From the IMG/VR virus record IMGVR_UViG_3300005764_000040, positions 1-36,355 of that record: a stretch of 36,355 nucleotides of DNA; one strand, 5' to 3'. The notes below the pieces were generated by a model. That model saw only the letters and a list, made by a program, of their open reading frames with translations, was not told where the DNA came from and searched no databases. Position 1 is the stretch's first letter; the number at the start of each line of letters is the position of its first letter. Made by a program: the position numbers and the translations under genes. Source of the DNA: a virus (taxonomy: Duplodnaviria > Caudoviricetes). This document shows positions 9,476 through 17,324 of the stretch, piece by piece.

Positions 9476-10163
9476 TCGCGGCGAGCTTGCGGTCGCGAGC
9501 ACGCTGCCGCTCGGCGCGCACCCGCTCGACTCGCCCGACCCGCCGACCGACCTCACGCCCGAGTCGTTCGCCGAGACGCTGTACGTCGCGCTCGCCCCGC
9601 TCGCGCGGCAAGACCCCGACTACGACTGGTCGCTGCTGATCCTCTGCAACGCGATCGGCGCGATGTACCAGCTACTCGACGACCTCGAACGCGACACGCC
9701 CGAGGGTCCGGGCTGGTCGCCGCTCGTCGACCTCAACCGCTGCCCCGACGACGCGCTGCCGTGGCTGGCGCAGTTCGTCGGCGTGCGTCTGCTGCCCGAC
9801 ACGACGCCCGCCGAGCAGCGCGCCCGGATTCTCGCGACCGACGGCTGGCGGCGCGGCACGCGCGAGGCGATCGAGAGCGCGACGGCGGCGACGCTGACGG
9901 GCACGAAGAGCGTCGTCGTGCGCGAGCGCGACGGCGGCGACGCCTACGCCCTGCGCGTGCAGACGCTCGTGCGTGAGACGCCCGACTCGGCGGCGACGCT
10001 GAGCGCGATCCTCTCGCAGAAGCCCGCAGGGATCGTGCTCACCTACCAGACGCTCACCGGGCAGGACTACCAGACGGTCAAGACCACGAACGCGAACTAC
10101 ACCGCCGTGAAGACGAAGTACGCGACGTACACCGGCATGACGAACGACACACCGGGCGCGTAG
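9471..10163 (+). CDS. Tail protein I-like baseplate wedge protein (P2 gpI-like)
   Basis: CPDDALPWLAQFVGV...RRGTREAI...KPAG motifs; follows J. Confidence 0.85.
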   Translation: MSRGELAVASTLPLGAHPLDSPDPPTDLTPESFAETLYVALAPLARQDPDYDWSLLILCNAIGAMYQLLDDLERDTPEGPGWSPLVDLNRCPDDALPWLAQFVGVRLLPDTTPAEQRARILATDGWRRGTREAIESATAATLTGTKSVVVRERDGGDAYALRVQTLVRETPDSAATLSAILSQKPAGIVLTYQTLTGQDYQTVKTTNANYTAVKTKYATYTGMTNDTPGA

Positions 10164-10195
10164 CCCGACTGACCTGATCAGCGAAGGGGGACCGC

Positions 10196-11182
10196 ATGGG
10201 CGGGACGACTGCCACGTACCTATTGCCGTACCCGGTCGCGAGCGACCCCGCCGACGTGCCCGTCGACGTGAAGAAGCTCGCCGACCGTCTCGAAGTCGTG
10301 CTCGCGCAGTTGCAGGCGGCGACCCCTGCGCAGCCCGACCCCGGTGATCTCAAGTGGGTCGGCTACCCGGTCGCCGCTGGCTCAGAGGCGACCCAGTGCC
10401 CCGGCTGGCTGCTCTGCGACGGGCGCGAAGTCTCGCGCACGGGCGCGACGGCGGCGCTCTTCGCGAAGGTGGGCACGGCGCACGGGGCGGGCAACGGCTC
10501 GACGACCTTCAACCTGCCCGACGCGCGCGGGCGCGCGGCGATCGGCGCTGGCACCGGACCGGGGCTGACGGCGCGCTCGCTCGGGCAGAAGGTCGGCGAA
10601 GAGTCGCACCTGATCTCGGTCGGCGAGATGCCCTCGCACGACCACGGCGGCGCGACGAGCGCGGGCACGCTTCCGGCGCACTCGACGAACCCCGGATCGA
10701 CGGGCGAGGGCACGACCGACGCCGCCTCGACGGGCACGGGCACGTCTGGCTCGACGACGCCCGCGACGACGACCTCGGGCGCGACCGCGCCGTCGCTCAC
10801 GACCGTCGCGGCGGGCGCGCATCAGCACGACACCGCTGACGGCACGGGCGAATTCATGACGAACGACAGCAGCACGATCACCGTCGGCTCGGGCGGCACG
10901 GCCCGCTACTACGCGCAGAAGTTGCAGCTAACGAACGTGGCGGGATCGCACACGCACACGGGCACGGTCGCGAGCCATACCCACACCTGCCCGCAGTCGG
11001 CGCACACGCACACGGTGCCCTCGCTGACGATCCCCGCGCTGACCGTGAACGCGCTTTCGATTCCCGCGCTCGGGATCAACGCGCAGCCGATCCCCGCGCT
11101 GACGATCGCGGGGCAGGGCGGCGGCACGGCGCACAACAACGTGCAGCCGAGCTTCGTCGCGAATTGCCTGATCAAGACGTGA
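10196..11182 (+). CDS. Tail fibre with tail-collar domain
   Basis: PGWLLCDGREVSR...LFAKVGT.HGAGNGSTTFNLPDARGR collar motif, HxH repeats and terminal HNNVQPSFVANCLIKT. Confidence 0.9.
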   Translation: MGGTTATYLLPYPVASDPADVPVDVKKLADRLEVVLAQLQAATPAQPDPGDLKWVGYPVAAGSEATQCPGWLLCDGREVSRTGATAALFAKVGTAHGAGNGSTTFNLPDARGRAAIGAGTGPGLTARSLGQKVGEESHLISVGEMPSHDHGGATSAGTLPAHSTNPGSTGEGTTDAASTGTGTSGSTTPATTTSGATAPSLTTVAAGAHQHDTADGTGEFMTNDSSTITVGSGGTARYYAQKLQLTNVAGSHTHTGTVASHTHTCPQSAHTHTVPSLTIPALTVNALSIPALGINAQPIPALTIAGQGGGTAHNNVQPSFVANCLIKT

Positions 11183-11205
11183 GGTCGACCTCGAAGGGAG
11201 GGGTG

Positions 11206-12324
11206 ATGAGCAGACAACGACGACGACTACTCGAACGCTTCGGGGGCGACCGCCCGCCCGAGGTCGGCGACCGCGAGTCGGGTCGCTACCGCGAGCCGCC
11301 GCCGTGGACTGAGGAAGAGATCGCGGCCTTCTTCAAGCGACTCGGCGACCTGAAAGCCGCGCCGCTCTCGATCTCGAGCTCGCCCTTGCCGTGGGTGATC
11401 GGACCCGGCCCGCGTCCCTCGAATACGAGCCGCATCACGCGCACGCTGTACGCGCCCGACAACCCGAATCAGAAGACGCAGTCAGACGGGAAAGACGTCA
11501 AGGCGTATAAGCGCATGCTCAGTCGAGCGGGCGGCTTCTGGAAGTGGCAAGAGTTTACGACCGAGTACACCGACGCCTTCGCCCACGGCGCGACCGGGCC
11601 GACTGGCTCGGGTCCGGGCGTCGACGGCTTTCGCGACGCGCTCGGGATCGGCGACGGCTCGGGCACGCTCAACGAGCGCGTGTACCACGCGCTGCTGTAC
11701 GGGAAGGTGCCCGAAGGCTCGACGCACGCGGGCGAGTGGGTCTGCGACCCGACGAGCGAGACGCTGCTCGAAGAGTATTACCAGGCGTGGCAGCGTGATC
11801 ACCCGCCGCCGAAGGCCGCGCCCGACGAGCCTGAGAAGCAGCCTGAGAGCGCCGACGATCAGAAGAAGAAGGTGCGCAACGCGATCGCCGACTACTGCCG
11901 CCGCTCGATCAACAACGAGCCGGGGATTCACTACGAGCAGATACGCCCGATCGGGTGCTTCGGCATCCCGCCCGAGCAGGGCTTCACGACCGACTGCTCG
12001 GGGCACTCGACCTGCGCGTACTACTGGGCGCGCAAGGTGACGGGCATCGCCGTGCCCGACCCGAACGACAACGGCTACAACGGCGCGGGCTACACGGGCA
12101 CGCTCGTGAATAACCCCGAGTGTCACCCGAACTACCTCGTGGGCGACCTCGGTATCTACGGCTCGTCGAAGGGCGACACCGAGCACGTCGTCACCTGCTA
12201 CGACGACGGCGACGGCGACTCGTCGAAGTGGTGCTCGCACGGGTCCGAGGCCGCGCCGTATTCGGTCGCCCTGCACTACCGCAGCGACCTCGTCTGCGTC
12301 GTACGCCCGCCACTGCTGCCCTAG
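11206..12324 (+). CDS. Endolysin: peptidoglycan-binding-like domain plus NlpC/P60-like peptidase
   Basis: RBS AAGGGAGG before ATG 11206. SDGKDVKAYKRML...VDGFRDALGI..SGTLNERVYHAL is PG-binding-like; TDCSG...VGDLGIYG...EHVV...SHG fits the catalytic pattern. Last gene of the tail operon. Confidence 0.75.
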   Translation: MSRQRRRLLERFGGDRPPEVGDRESGRYREPPPWTEEEIAAFFKRLGDLKAAPLSISSSPLPWVIGPGPRPSNTSRITRTLYAPDNPNQKTQSDGKDVKAYKRMLSRAGGFWKWQEFTTEYTDAFAHGATGPTGSGPGVDGFRDALGIGDGSGTLNERVYHALLYGKVPEGSTHAGEWVCDPTSETLLEEYYQAWQRDHPPPKAAPDEPEKQPESADDQKKKVRNAIADYCRRSINNEPGIHYEQIRPIGCFGIPPEQGFTTDCSGHSTCAYYWARKVTGIAVPDPNDNGYNGAGYTGTLVNNPECHPNYLVGDLGIYGSSKGDTEHVVTCYDDGDGDSSKWCSHGSEAAPYSVALHYRSDLVCVVRPPLLP

Positions 12325-12331
12325 CAGCCGT

Positions 12332-12380
12332 GGAGGGGCGCGCGCTCTCGGTCCGCAAGCCCCGAGCGCGTTGCCCCTCC
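12332..12380. terminator. GC-rich hairpin between convergent genes
   Basis: GGAGGGGC...GCGCTC pairs with GAGCGC...GCCCCTCC right after the endolysin stop; no U-tract. Confidence 0.55.
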
Positions 12381-12432
12381 CCCGAGGGAAGCTACGCCGC
12401 CCGCGCGCGGCGGGCATCACTCGGGCGGGGGA

Positions 12433-12756
12433 TCAGAAGGGCAGGTACAGGCAGCCGAGCGCGCGGTGCACGTGATCGAGCACGCAGCAGATGCACACCG
12501 CGCAGGTCGCGAGCAGTGCGATGTGCTCGCCCTCGTCGCGCGCCCGCTGCTTCGCCTCGCGGATCAGTTCGGCGACGCGGTTGTGCGAGAGCCGCGCGTG
12601 CGGGGCGAGCTTGCGCGTCGATGCGCCCGCCTCGTTCGCTGCCAGCAGCGCGACTAGAAACTCATCGCGCACCGCCTCGGCACGCGCGGCGACCTCGTCG
12701 ACGCGCCGCAGGGCGTCGCCGAGATCACCGTCGTGCCGCAGTCGTTGAGACGACAT
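12433..12756 (-). CDS. HTH DNA-binding protein, candidate immunity repressor, with Cys/His-rich tail
   Basis: GASTRKLAPHARLSHNRVAELIR is HTH-like; the gene is divergent from the Cro-like gene. Start uncertain (12756 or 12837). Confidence 0.55.
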   Translation of the reverse strand: MSSQRLRHDGDLGDALRRVDEVAARAEAVRDEFLVALLAANEAGASTRKLAPHARLSHNRVAELIREAKQRARDEGEHIALLATCAVCICCVLDHVHRALGCLYLPF

Positions 12757-12984
12757 GGGGCGATCATGGCACTCGGCTCGCTGCCGAGGGGCAGCCGTAA
12801 CCGATCCGTGACAAGTTTCCTGCGCAGTTTCCGACATTCGCTTCGGCGGGCTGCGTGTAACCCTTTCCGCACGCGGTTACATTCCCGCTCGCAGGCAACG
12901 ACGAGCTAGGGCCGGAGAGAGGCGCTTCGGCAAGGGGGGATCGAAGCGCCATGCCGCCCACGGCGCACGGATTCTGCGAACCTG

Positions 12985-13027
12985 AAAAGAGGGCACACTC
13001 GCCGAGGCGTGGCGCGTGTGCCCTCTT
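12985..13027 (-). terminator. Intrinsic terminator-like hairpin
   Basis: Perfect 12-bp stem AAGAGGGCACAC/GTGTGCCCTCTT ending in TTTT on the minus strand. Confidence 0.6.
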
Positions 13028-13164
13028 CGCGCCGCAGTCTTGTACGTCAGTCGACGACGATCGGCGGCGAACCTTGCGCCCTGCTCGGCGTGCGGCGTTT
13101 GTCAAGCGCGGGCGTGACTTTCTTCGGATTCGTGCAGGTGCAGGGCGAAGTGCATCGCATCCCT

Positions 13165-13215
13165 GTCGGATACGTGTCGGAAAGCCCGTCGGATTCGTGT
13201 CGGAAAGCGTGTCGG
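13165..13215 (+). promoter_or_regulatory. Tandem operator-like direct repeats upstream of the cro-like gene
   Basis: GTCGGATACGTGTCGGAAAGC (13165-13185) and GTCGGATTCGTGTCGGAAAGC (13188-13208), plus GTGTCGG. Confidence 0.65.
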
Positions 13216-13234
13216 TCGTGGTACGGGTAGGGGC

Positions 13235-13510
13235 GTGACTCGCCCGCTTCCCCTCGCCGCGCGCATCTTCCAGGGCCGCGAACGCAAGACGCTGACGCAG
13301 GCCGAGCTAGCGCAGAAGCTCGGCGTCGCGCCGCGCACGGTTGAGCGCTGGGAAGCGGGGGAGGTGATACCCAGAGCGCGTCACATCGACGCCCTTGCCG
13401 TGTACCTCGACCTCGACCGCGTTGAGCTTGAGAAGCAGCGGGCGCTCGAACGCTGGGACCGACGACCCGGCCCGAGGCGCGCCACGAGAGAGGCGGTCGA
13501 GACGGCGTGA
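13235..13510 (+). CDS. Cro/XRE-family HTH regulator
   Basis: RERKTLTQAELAQKLGVAPRTVERWEAGEVIPR is a canonical HTH_3 motif. Confidence 0.9.
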   Translation: MTRPLPLAARIFQGRERKTLTQAELAQKLGVAPRTVERWEAGEVIPRARHIDALAVYLDLDRVELEKQRALERWDRRPGPRRATREAVETA

Positions 13511-13671
13511 GGGCATGCCGCTGCTGTCACTGCACGCGCCGTCGGCTGCTGGTCGCCTGCTCGGGCAACCGCGAGCAGGTGCGGCTCGTCGAGGCCGACG
13601 TGCGCGAGCGGCGCGCGAACGAGCGGCGCTGGCAGCGCTCGTACCGCGCAGCGAAGGCGGCGGTCGCGTGA
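13507..13671 (+). CDS. Small Cys/Arg-rich hypothetical protein
   Basis: GTGA overlaps at both ends; MRACRCCHCTRRRLLVACSGNREQVRLVEADVRERRANERRWQRSYRAAKAAVA. Confidence 0.55.
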   Translation: MRACRCCHCTRRRLLVACSGNREQVRLVEADVRERRANERRWQRSYRAAKAAVA

Positions 13672-13991
13672 CGGGCTGGGCGCTGCTGATCATCGGCGTC
13701 GCCCTCTTCGTGCTCGTGCAGTCGACGCGCCCCGATCGCGACGCGCGGCGGCTGGAGCTCCAGCGCGAGCGCGAAGACCTCGGCCCGAACGAGTACGAGG
13801 TCGTCGGCAGCAGCGGCGTGATCGTCTCGCGACGCTGCGAGGGCTGCGGGCTGGACGCCCTGCAAGAAGACGGCACGTACGAGGGCGGGCGCTGGCTCTG
13901 CGCCGACTGCCTGCTCGACGCGACGGGCGTGCTCGCGCAGCGGCGCGGCAACGTGATCAGGCTCGACGACTATCGGCGGCGGGCGTCGTGA
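13668..13991 (+). CDS. Membrane-anchored zinc-finger-like protein
   Basis: N-terminal TM segment GWALLIIGVALFVLV; CEGC...CADC pairs. Confidence 0.65.
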   Translation: MTGWALLIIGVALFVLVQSTRPDRDARRLELQREREDLGPNEYEVVGSSGVIVSRRCEGCGLDALQEDGTYEGGRWLCADCLLDATGVLAQRRGNVIRLDDYRRRAS

Positions 13992-14215
13992 TCGTGCGCT
14001 GCTACCTCGTGCTCGGGCAGGCGCGCGGCAACGTGCGGGTGCGGCGCGTGACGCAGAAGCGCCCTTACCTCGACGCCGACGAAGCGCTCGTGCGGCTCAA
14101 GCTCGACGTGCCCGACGACGCCTTCGACGCGCCGCTGCTGACGGTCGAGATCGAGAAGCGCGAGATCAGGATCGCGGTCGAAGCCGAGGAACCGCTCGAA
14201 GAGGTCGAGGCGTGA
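13988..14215 (+). CDS. Hypothetical protein (75 aa)
   Basis: Coupled start/stop overlaps; codon usage typical of the genome. Confidence 0.7.
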   Translation: MIVRCYLVLGQARGNVRVRRVTQKRPYLDADEALVRLKLDVPDDAFDAPLLTVEIEKREIRIAVEAEEPLEEVEA

Positions 14216-14436
14216 GCGAGCGCCCGTCGCCCGAGGCTGCGGCGCAGGCGCTCGCCGAAGTGCTGGCCCGGAAGTTTCCGAACCTCGACGTGCACGCGGG
14301 CGGCAGGGGTAAGCGCCTGCCGCCCGGTGCGCGCCGCTTACGCGGCGCTCTTCCAGTCGATCCCGAGACGCTTCGTGACGTCGACGTGCGCCGAGCGCGG
14401 AAGCGGCGGCGCGACCTCGACGCGGTCGATCAGTAG
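14212..14436 (+). CDS. Hypothetical protein overlapping the integrase 3' end, possible directionality factor
   Basis: GTGA-coupled start with GAGG RBS; the last 99 nt are antisense to the integrase. Confidence 0.45.
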   Translation: MSERPSPEAAAQALAEVLARKFPNLDVHAGGRGKRLPPGARRLRGALPVDPETLRDVDVRRARKRRRDLDAVDQ

Positions 14437-15747
14437 GCGGGCGACTTGCCGCTGCCCGTCGAGATCGAGTGCGTCGTACCCCGCAGGCGTCGGGATCGAC
14501 TCGGCGGCTTCGGCAGCGGCGGCACGATCCTCGTACGCCGCCCGCGCCTTCGCCTCGCGGTCTTCGCGCGCCTTCTTCCCGCGCACGAAGGTCGGGTCGG
14601 TCGCGGGCACAAGCTCGACGAACGCGCCGAGGTCTTCGCGCGCCTCGTGCCATGCCCGCCGCCGTGCTTCGAGGTCGCGGCTATTCGAGACGATCCCGAG
14701 CCGCGCGTCTTTCAGCACGTCGCGAAGCTCGGCGTCGAGGTAGCCGTCGGCGATCGTCTTCGTGACGAAGACGGGACGCGGGCACGAGCCGTCGCGCGAC
14801 GAGCGCGTGCAGCCGTAGCTCAGCGTCTTACCGCGACCCCGAACCGAGAGCGACTTCTTGCAGCCCGAGCAGGTGAGAAGCCCTGCTGCCAGCCCGCCGA
14901 CGTAGTTGCCGCTCGACGGCAGCTTGCGCACCTGCTGCACGCGCCGCCACTGAGCGCGGCCGACGATCTCTTCGTGCGCGTGCTCGTTGCGGCGCTTGCC
15001 GATCTTGACGACACCGCAGTACGTCTCGTTGCGAATGATCGCGTGCAGCGTGCCGTGAGTCCACGAGCCGCCCGAGGGCGACGGCGTGCCCGCGTCGTTG
15101 AGCTTGCGGGCGATCGCCGCCCACGAGTGCCCCGCGTCGCGCAGGTCGAAGATGCGGCGCACGACGGGCGAAGTGACGGGGTCGACCACGAGCGCCTTCT
15201 CGGGGCGCTCGGGGTCCGTCTTGACGCCGTGCTCGTCGGCGTTGCGGCGGTAGCCGTAGGCGACCTTCGCGGGCACGCCGTCGACAATCTGCTTGTCCAT
15301 CAGCCGCCTCGCGCGCTCGGCGGCGGTCGCGCCGACCATATCGCTGACGACCGCCATCATGCCCGTGACCATGCGCCCGGTCGCCGTGCGGTAGTCGACG
15401 CCCGGAAGACCCGCGATGATCACCTGCCCGCCCGCCGCCTCAAGCTCGTCGTAGAAGATGCCGACGCGCCGCCAGTTGCGCGTCAGGCGGTCGCCGTAGC
15501 TCACGACGACGCCGTCGCTCTTGCCGTCGCGCACGCGCTGCACAAGCGTCTCATAGACGCCCGTCTCGTGAAGCGTGCGGCCCGACTGGTCGAGCATCTT
15601 GAAGGTGCGGCCGATGCGCCCGTCGGCCGACTTCGCGGCTTCGCGGTTGCCGTGCCGCTGGTCGTCGATCGTCTTCGTCGACTCGGCCGACTCTTCGCGC
15701 CCATTCATGCGCGAGACGCGGATCAGTTCGTCAAACGTGTAGCTCAT
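14338..15747 (-). CDS. int: Large serine recombinase (integrase)
   Basis: Catalytic IRVS, DRLTRN, recombinase domain (AYGY...VVRRIFDL..AG.S.AAIARKLN) and zinc ribbon GLLTCSGC...YGC...SC; 469 aa. Confidence 0.95.
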   Translation of the reverse strand: MSYTFDELIRVSRMNGREESAESTKTIDDQRHGNREAAKSADGRIGRTFKMLDQSGRTLHETGVYETLVQRVRDGKSDGVVVSYGDRLTRNWRRVGIFYDELEAAGGQVIIAGLPGVDYRTATGRMVTGMMAVVSDMVGATAAERARRLMDKQIVDGVPAKVAYGYRRNADEHGVKTDPERPEKALVVDPVTSPVVRRIFDLRDAGHSWAAIARKLNDAGTPSPSGGSWTHGTLHAIIRNETYCGVVKIGKRRNEHAHEEIVGRAQWRRVQQVRKLPSSGNYVGGLAAGLLTCSGCKKSLSVRGRGKTLSYGCTRSSRDGSCPRPVFVTKTIADGYLDAELRDVLKDARLGIVSNSRDLEARRRAWHEAREDLGAFVELVPATDPTFVRGKKAREDREAKARAAYEDRAAAAEAAESIPTPAGYDALDLDGQRQVARLLIDRVEVAPPLPRSAHVDVTKRLGIDWKSAA

Positions 15748-15782
15748 CGCTGTACCTCTTTCGTCAGGGGGGAACGAATGAC

Positions 15783-15832
15783 TTACTACACTTTAGCCGC
15801 TATCACTCGTGGTCGCAACCGTTGTGTACTAA
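15783..15832. other. Candidate attP site
   Basis: 50-bp AT-richer imperfect palindrome just upstream of int. 15 of 24 positions are symmetric about a central TC (15807-15808); outer arms are TTACTACAC / GTGTACTAA. Confidence 0.65.
15790..15818 (-). promoter_or_regulatory. Candidate sigma70-type integrase promoter
   Basis: Minus strand reads TTGCGA-N17-TAAAGT, about 40 nt upstream of the int start codon. Confidence 0.55.
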
Positions 15833-15953
15833 CTAGCGGAAGCGGCCTAGCCAAGCCAGATACGGCGCGGGGGGTCCGGCCCGACCGACCTTCGGCAGCG
15901 ACGGGACTGGGCGAAGAATGCGCCCGTCGCCCCTCCGCGTCAAGGGCGGCGGC

Positions 15954-16466
15954 GTGAAGGCGCGGGCGCAGCGTGCAGCCGCCGCCGCTGGCGCGTCAGT
16001 CGTACTCGCGCTGCCCGCCGCCGCCGCTTCTGAGCCGCACCCGCCGCCGCCGCCGCAGCCGCCGCCGCCGCCCGCGCCGCCGCCCGTCGACTGGCAGGCG
16101 CGCTACGAGGCCGAGCACAAGCTCGCGACGAAGCGGCTGCGCCTCTGGCGCAAGAGCGAGCGGCGATCGCAGCGGCGCGTGCGGCGCTGGCGGCAGGCGG
16201 CGATCACGACCCTCGGCCCGGTGCGGGCGGGGCTGCTCTGCATTCACGGCGGCGAGGGATCGTGGCGCGACTCGGGCGACCCGTACTGGGGCGGCTTGCA
16301 GATGGACCGGCAGTTTCAGTTGACCTACGGGCGCGCGCTCGTGATGCGCTTCGGCTGGGCGTCGAACTGGCCCGCCGCCGCGCAGCTTGCCGTCGGCGAG
16401 GTCGCCTACTTCTCGGGCCGGGGCTTCGGGCCGTGGCCGAACACGCGAAAGCCCTGCGGGGTCTGA
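15954..16466 (+). CDS. Secreted resuscitation-promoting factor (Rpf)-like lytic transglycosylase
   Basis: Signal-peptide-like N-terminus, poly-Pro linker, basic helix, then CIHGGEGSW...YWGGLQM...QLAVGEVAY.SGRGFGPWP...CG. This matches the Rpf layout (catalytic Glu, GGLQ, terminal WP..C). Alternative ATG at 15918. Confidence 0.8.
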   Translation: MKARAQRAAAAAGASVVLALPAAAASEPHPPPPPQPPPPPAPPPVDWQARYEAEHKLATKRLRLWRKSERRSQRRVRRWRQAAITTLGPVRAGLLCIHGGEGSWRDSGDPYWGGLQMDRQFQLTYGRALVMRFGWASNWPAAAQLAVGEVAYFSGRGFGPWPNTRKPCGV

Positions 16467-16481
16467 GGGAGGTACAGCGCA

Positions 16482-17324
16482 GTGAGTGAGCACGACGTCG
16501 AACTGACGATCGAGACGGTCACGCCCGAGCAGGCGCTCGCGTGGCTTGAGTCGAACGTCGACAACCGCACGATACGACCCGCCCGCGTCGCGCAGTACGC
16601 GCGCGACATGGCGCTCGGCGCGTGGCACGTGACGGGCGACCCGTTGCGCTTCAACGGCTCGCAGCTATTCGACGGGCAGCATCGCTTGCTCGCCTGCGTC
16701 GAGGCGGGCGTGCCCTTCACGACCGCGATCGCGCGCGGCATCGCCGTCGGCGCGCACGCGGCGATCGACGTCGGCGCGACGCGCTCACTGGCAAACGAGC
16801 TTCGCTGGCGCAACGAGACGAACGCGCCCCTGCTGGGCGCGACGCTCGGCGTCATCTGGAAGTACGAGAACGATGCTTTCCTCGACCCGCGCAAGCAGCC
16901 GAGCCGGGGCGAGCTTCTGCAACTGCTGCGCGAGCGCCCGCGCATAAAAGACTCGCTCGGGCTGGCGACCCAGACTGCGAAGGCGGTGCGCATCCCCGCC
17001 TCGACGATCGCGGGGCTGCACTTTCTCTTCGGGCAGCACGCGACCGAAGAAGAGGCGACGAGCTTCTTCTACCTCGTGCGGATCGAGGGCGCGGCCGAGA
17101 AGGGCACCGGGCCGTTCGTGCTGCGGCGCTACGCGCTGCGCTCGTACATGCAGAAGACGACGCGCCCGACTCAGGCCGAGTGGGTCGCGCTGACGGTAAA
17201 GGCGTTCAACGCCTGGATGCAGGGCGCGTCGATGAATCACCTACGCTGGCGACGCGGCGGCGGTAAGGCCGAGGCATTCCCGTCGATCGTGCCGAGCGCC
17301 TTCATCGGGGAAGACCCCGAGTGA
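16482..17324 (+). CDS. ParB N-terminal-like (DGQHR) domain protein
   Basis: VTPEQALAWLESN..NR...VAQYARDMALGAW...LFDGQHRLLA. Confidence 0.75.
   Translation: MSEHDVELTIETVTPEQALAWLESNVDNRTIRPARVAQYARDMALGAWHVTGDPLRFNGSQLFDGQHRLLACVEAGVPFTTAIARGIAVGAHAAIDVGATRSLANELRWRNETNAPLLGATLGVIWKYENDAFLDPRKQPSRGELLQLLRERPRIKDSLGLATQTAKAVRIPASTIAGLHFLFGQHATEEEATSFFYLVRIEGAAEKGTGPFVLRRYALRSYMQKTTRPTQAEWVALTVKAFNAWMQGASMNHLRWRRGGGKAEAFPSIVPSAFIGEDPE

Noticed and set aside
1-11182. Extracellular contractile injection system or tailocin
   Set aside because: Capsid, portal, terminases, integrase and replication genes are on the same molecule, so this is a phage.
7250-11182. Diversity-generating retroelement acting on fibre tips
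   Set aside because: No reverse transcriptase and no template/variable repeat pair seen.
14446-15957. 503-aa plus-strand ORF, and similar long ORFs such as 4208-5722(-), 1502-2602(-), 33975-35102(-) and 31667-32623(-)
   Set aside because: Antisense shadows of real genes caused by stop-codon scarcity at high GC; no RBS or recognisable motifs.
16482-17324. DGQHR protein as DndB of a phosphorothioate system
   Set aside because: No dnd or ssp genes nearby; the context fits the ParB-like proteins common in phage early regions.
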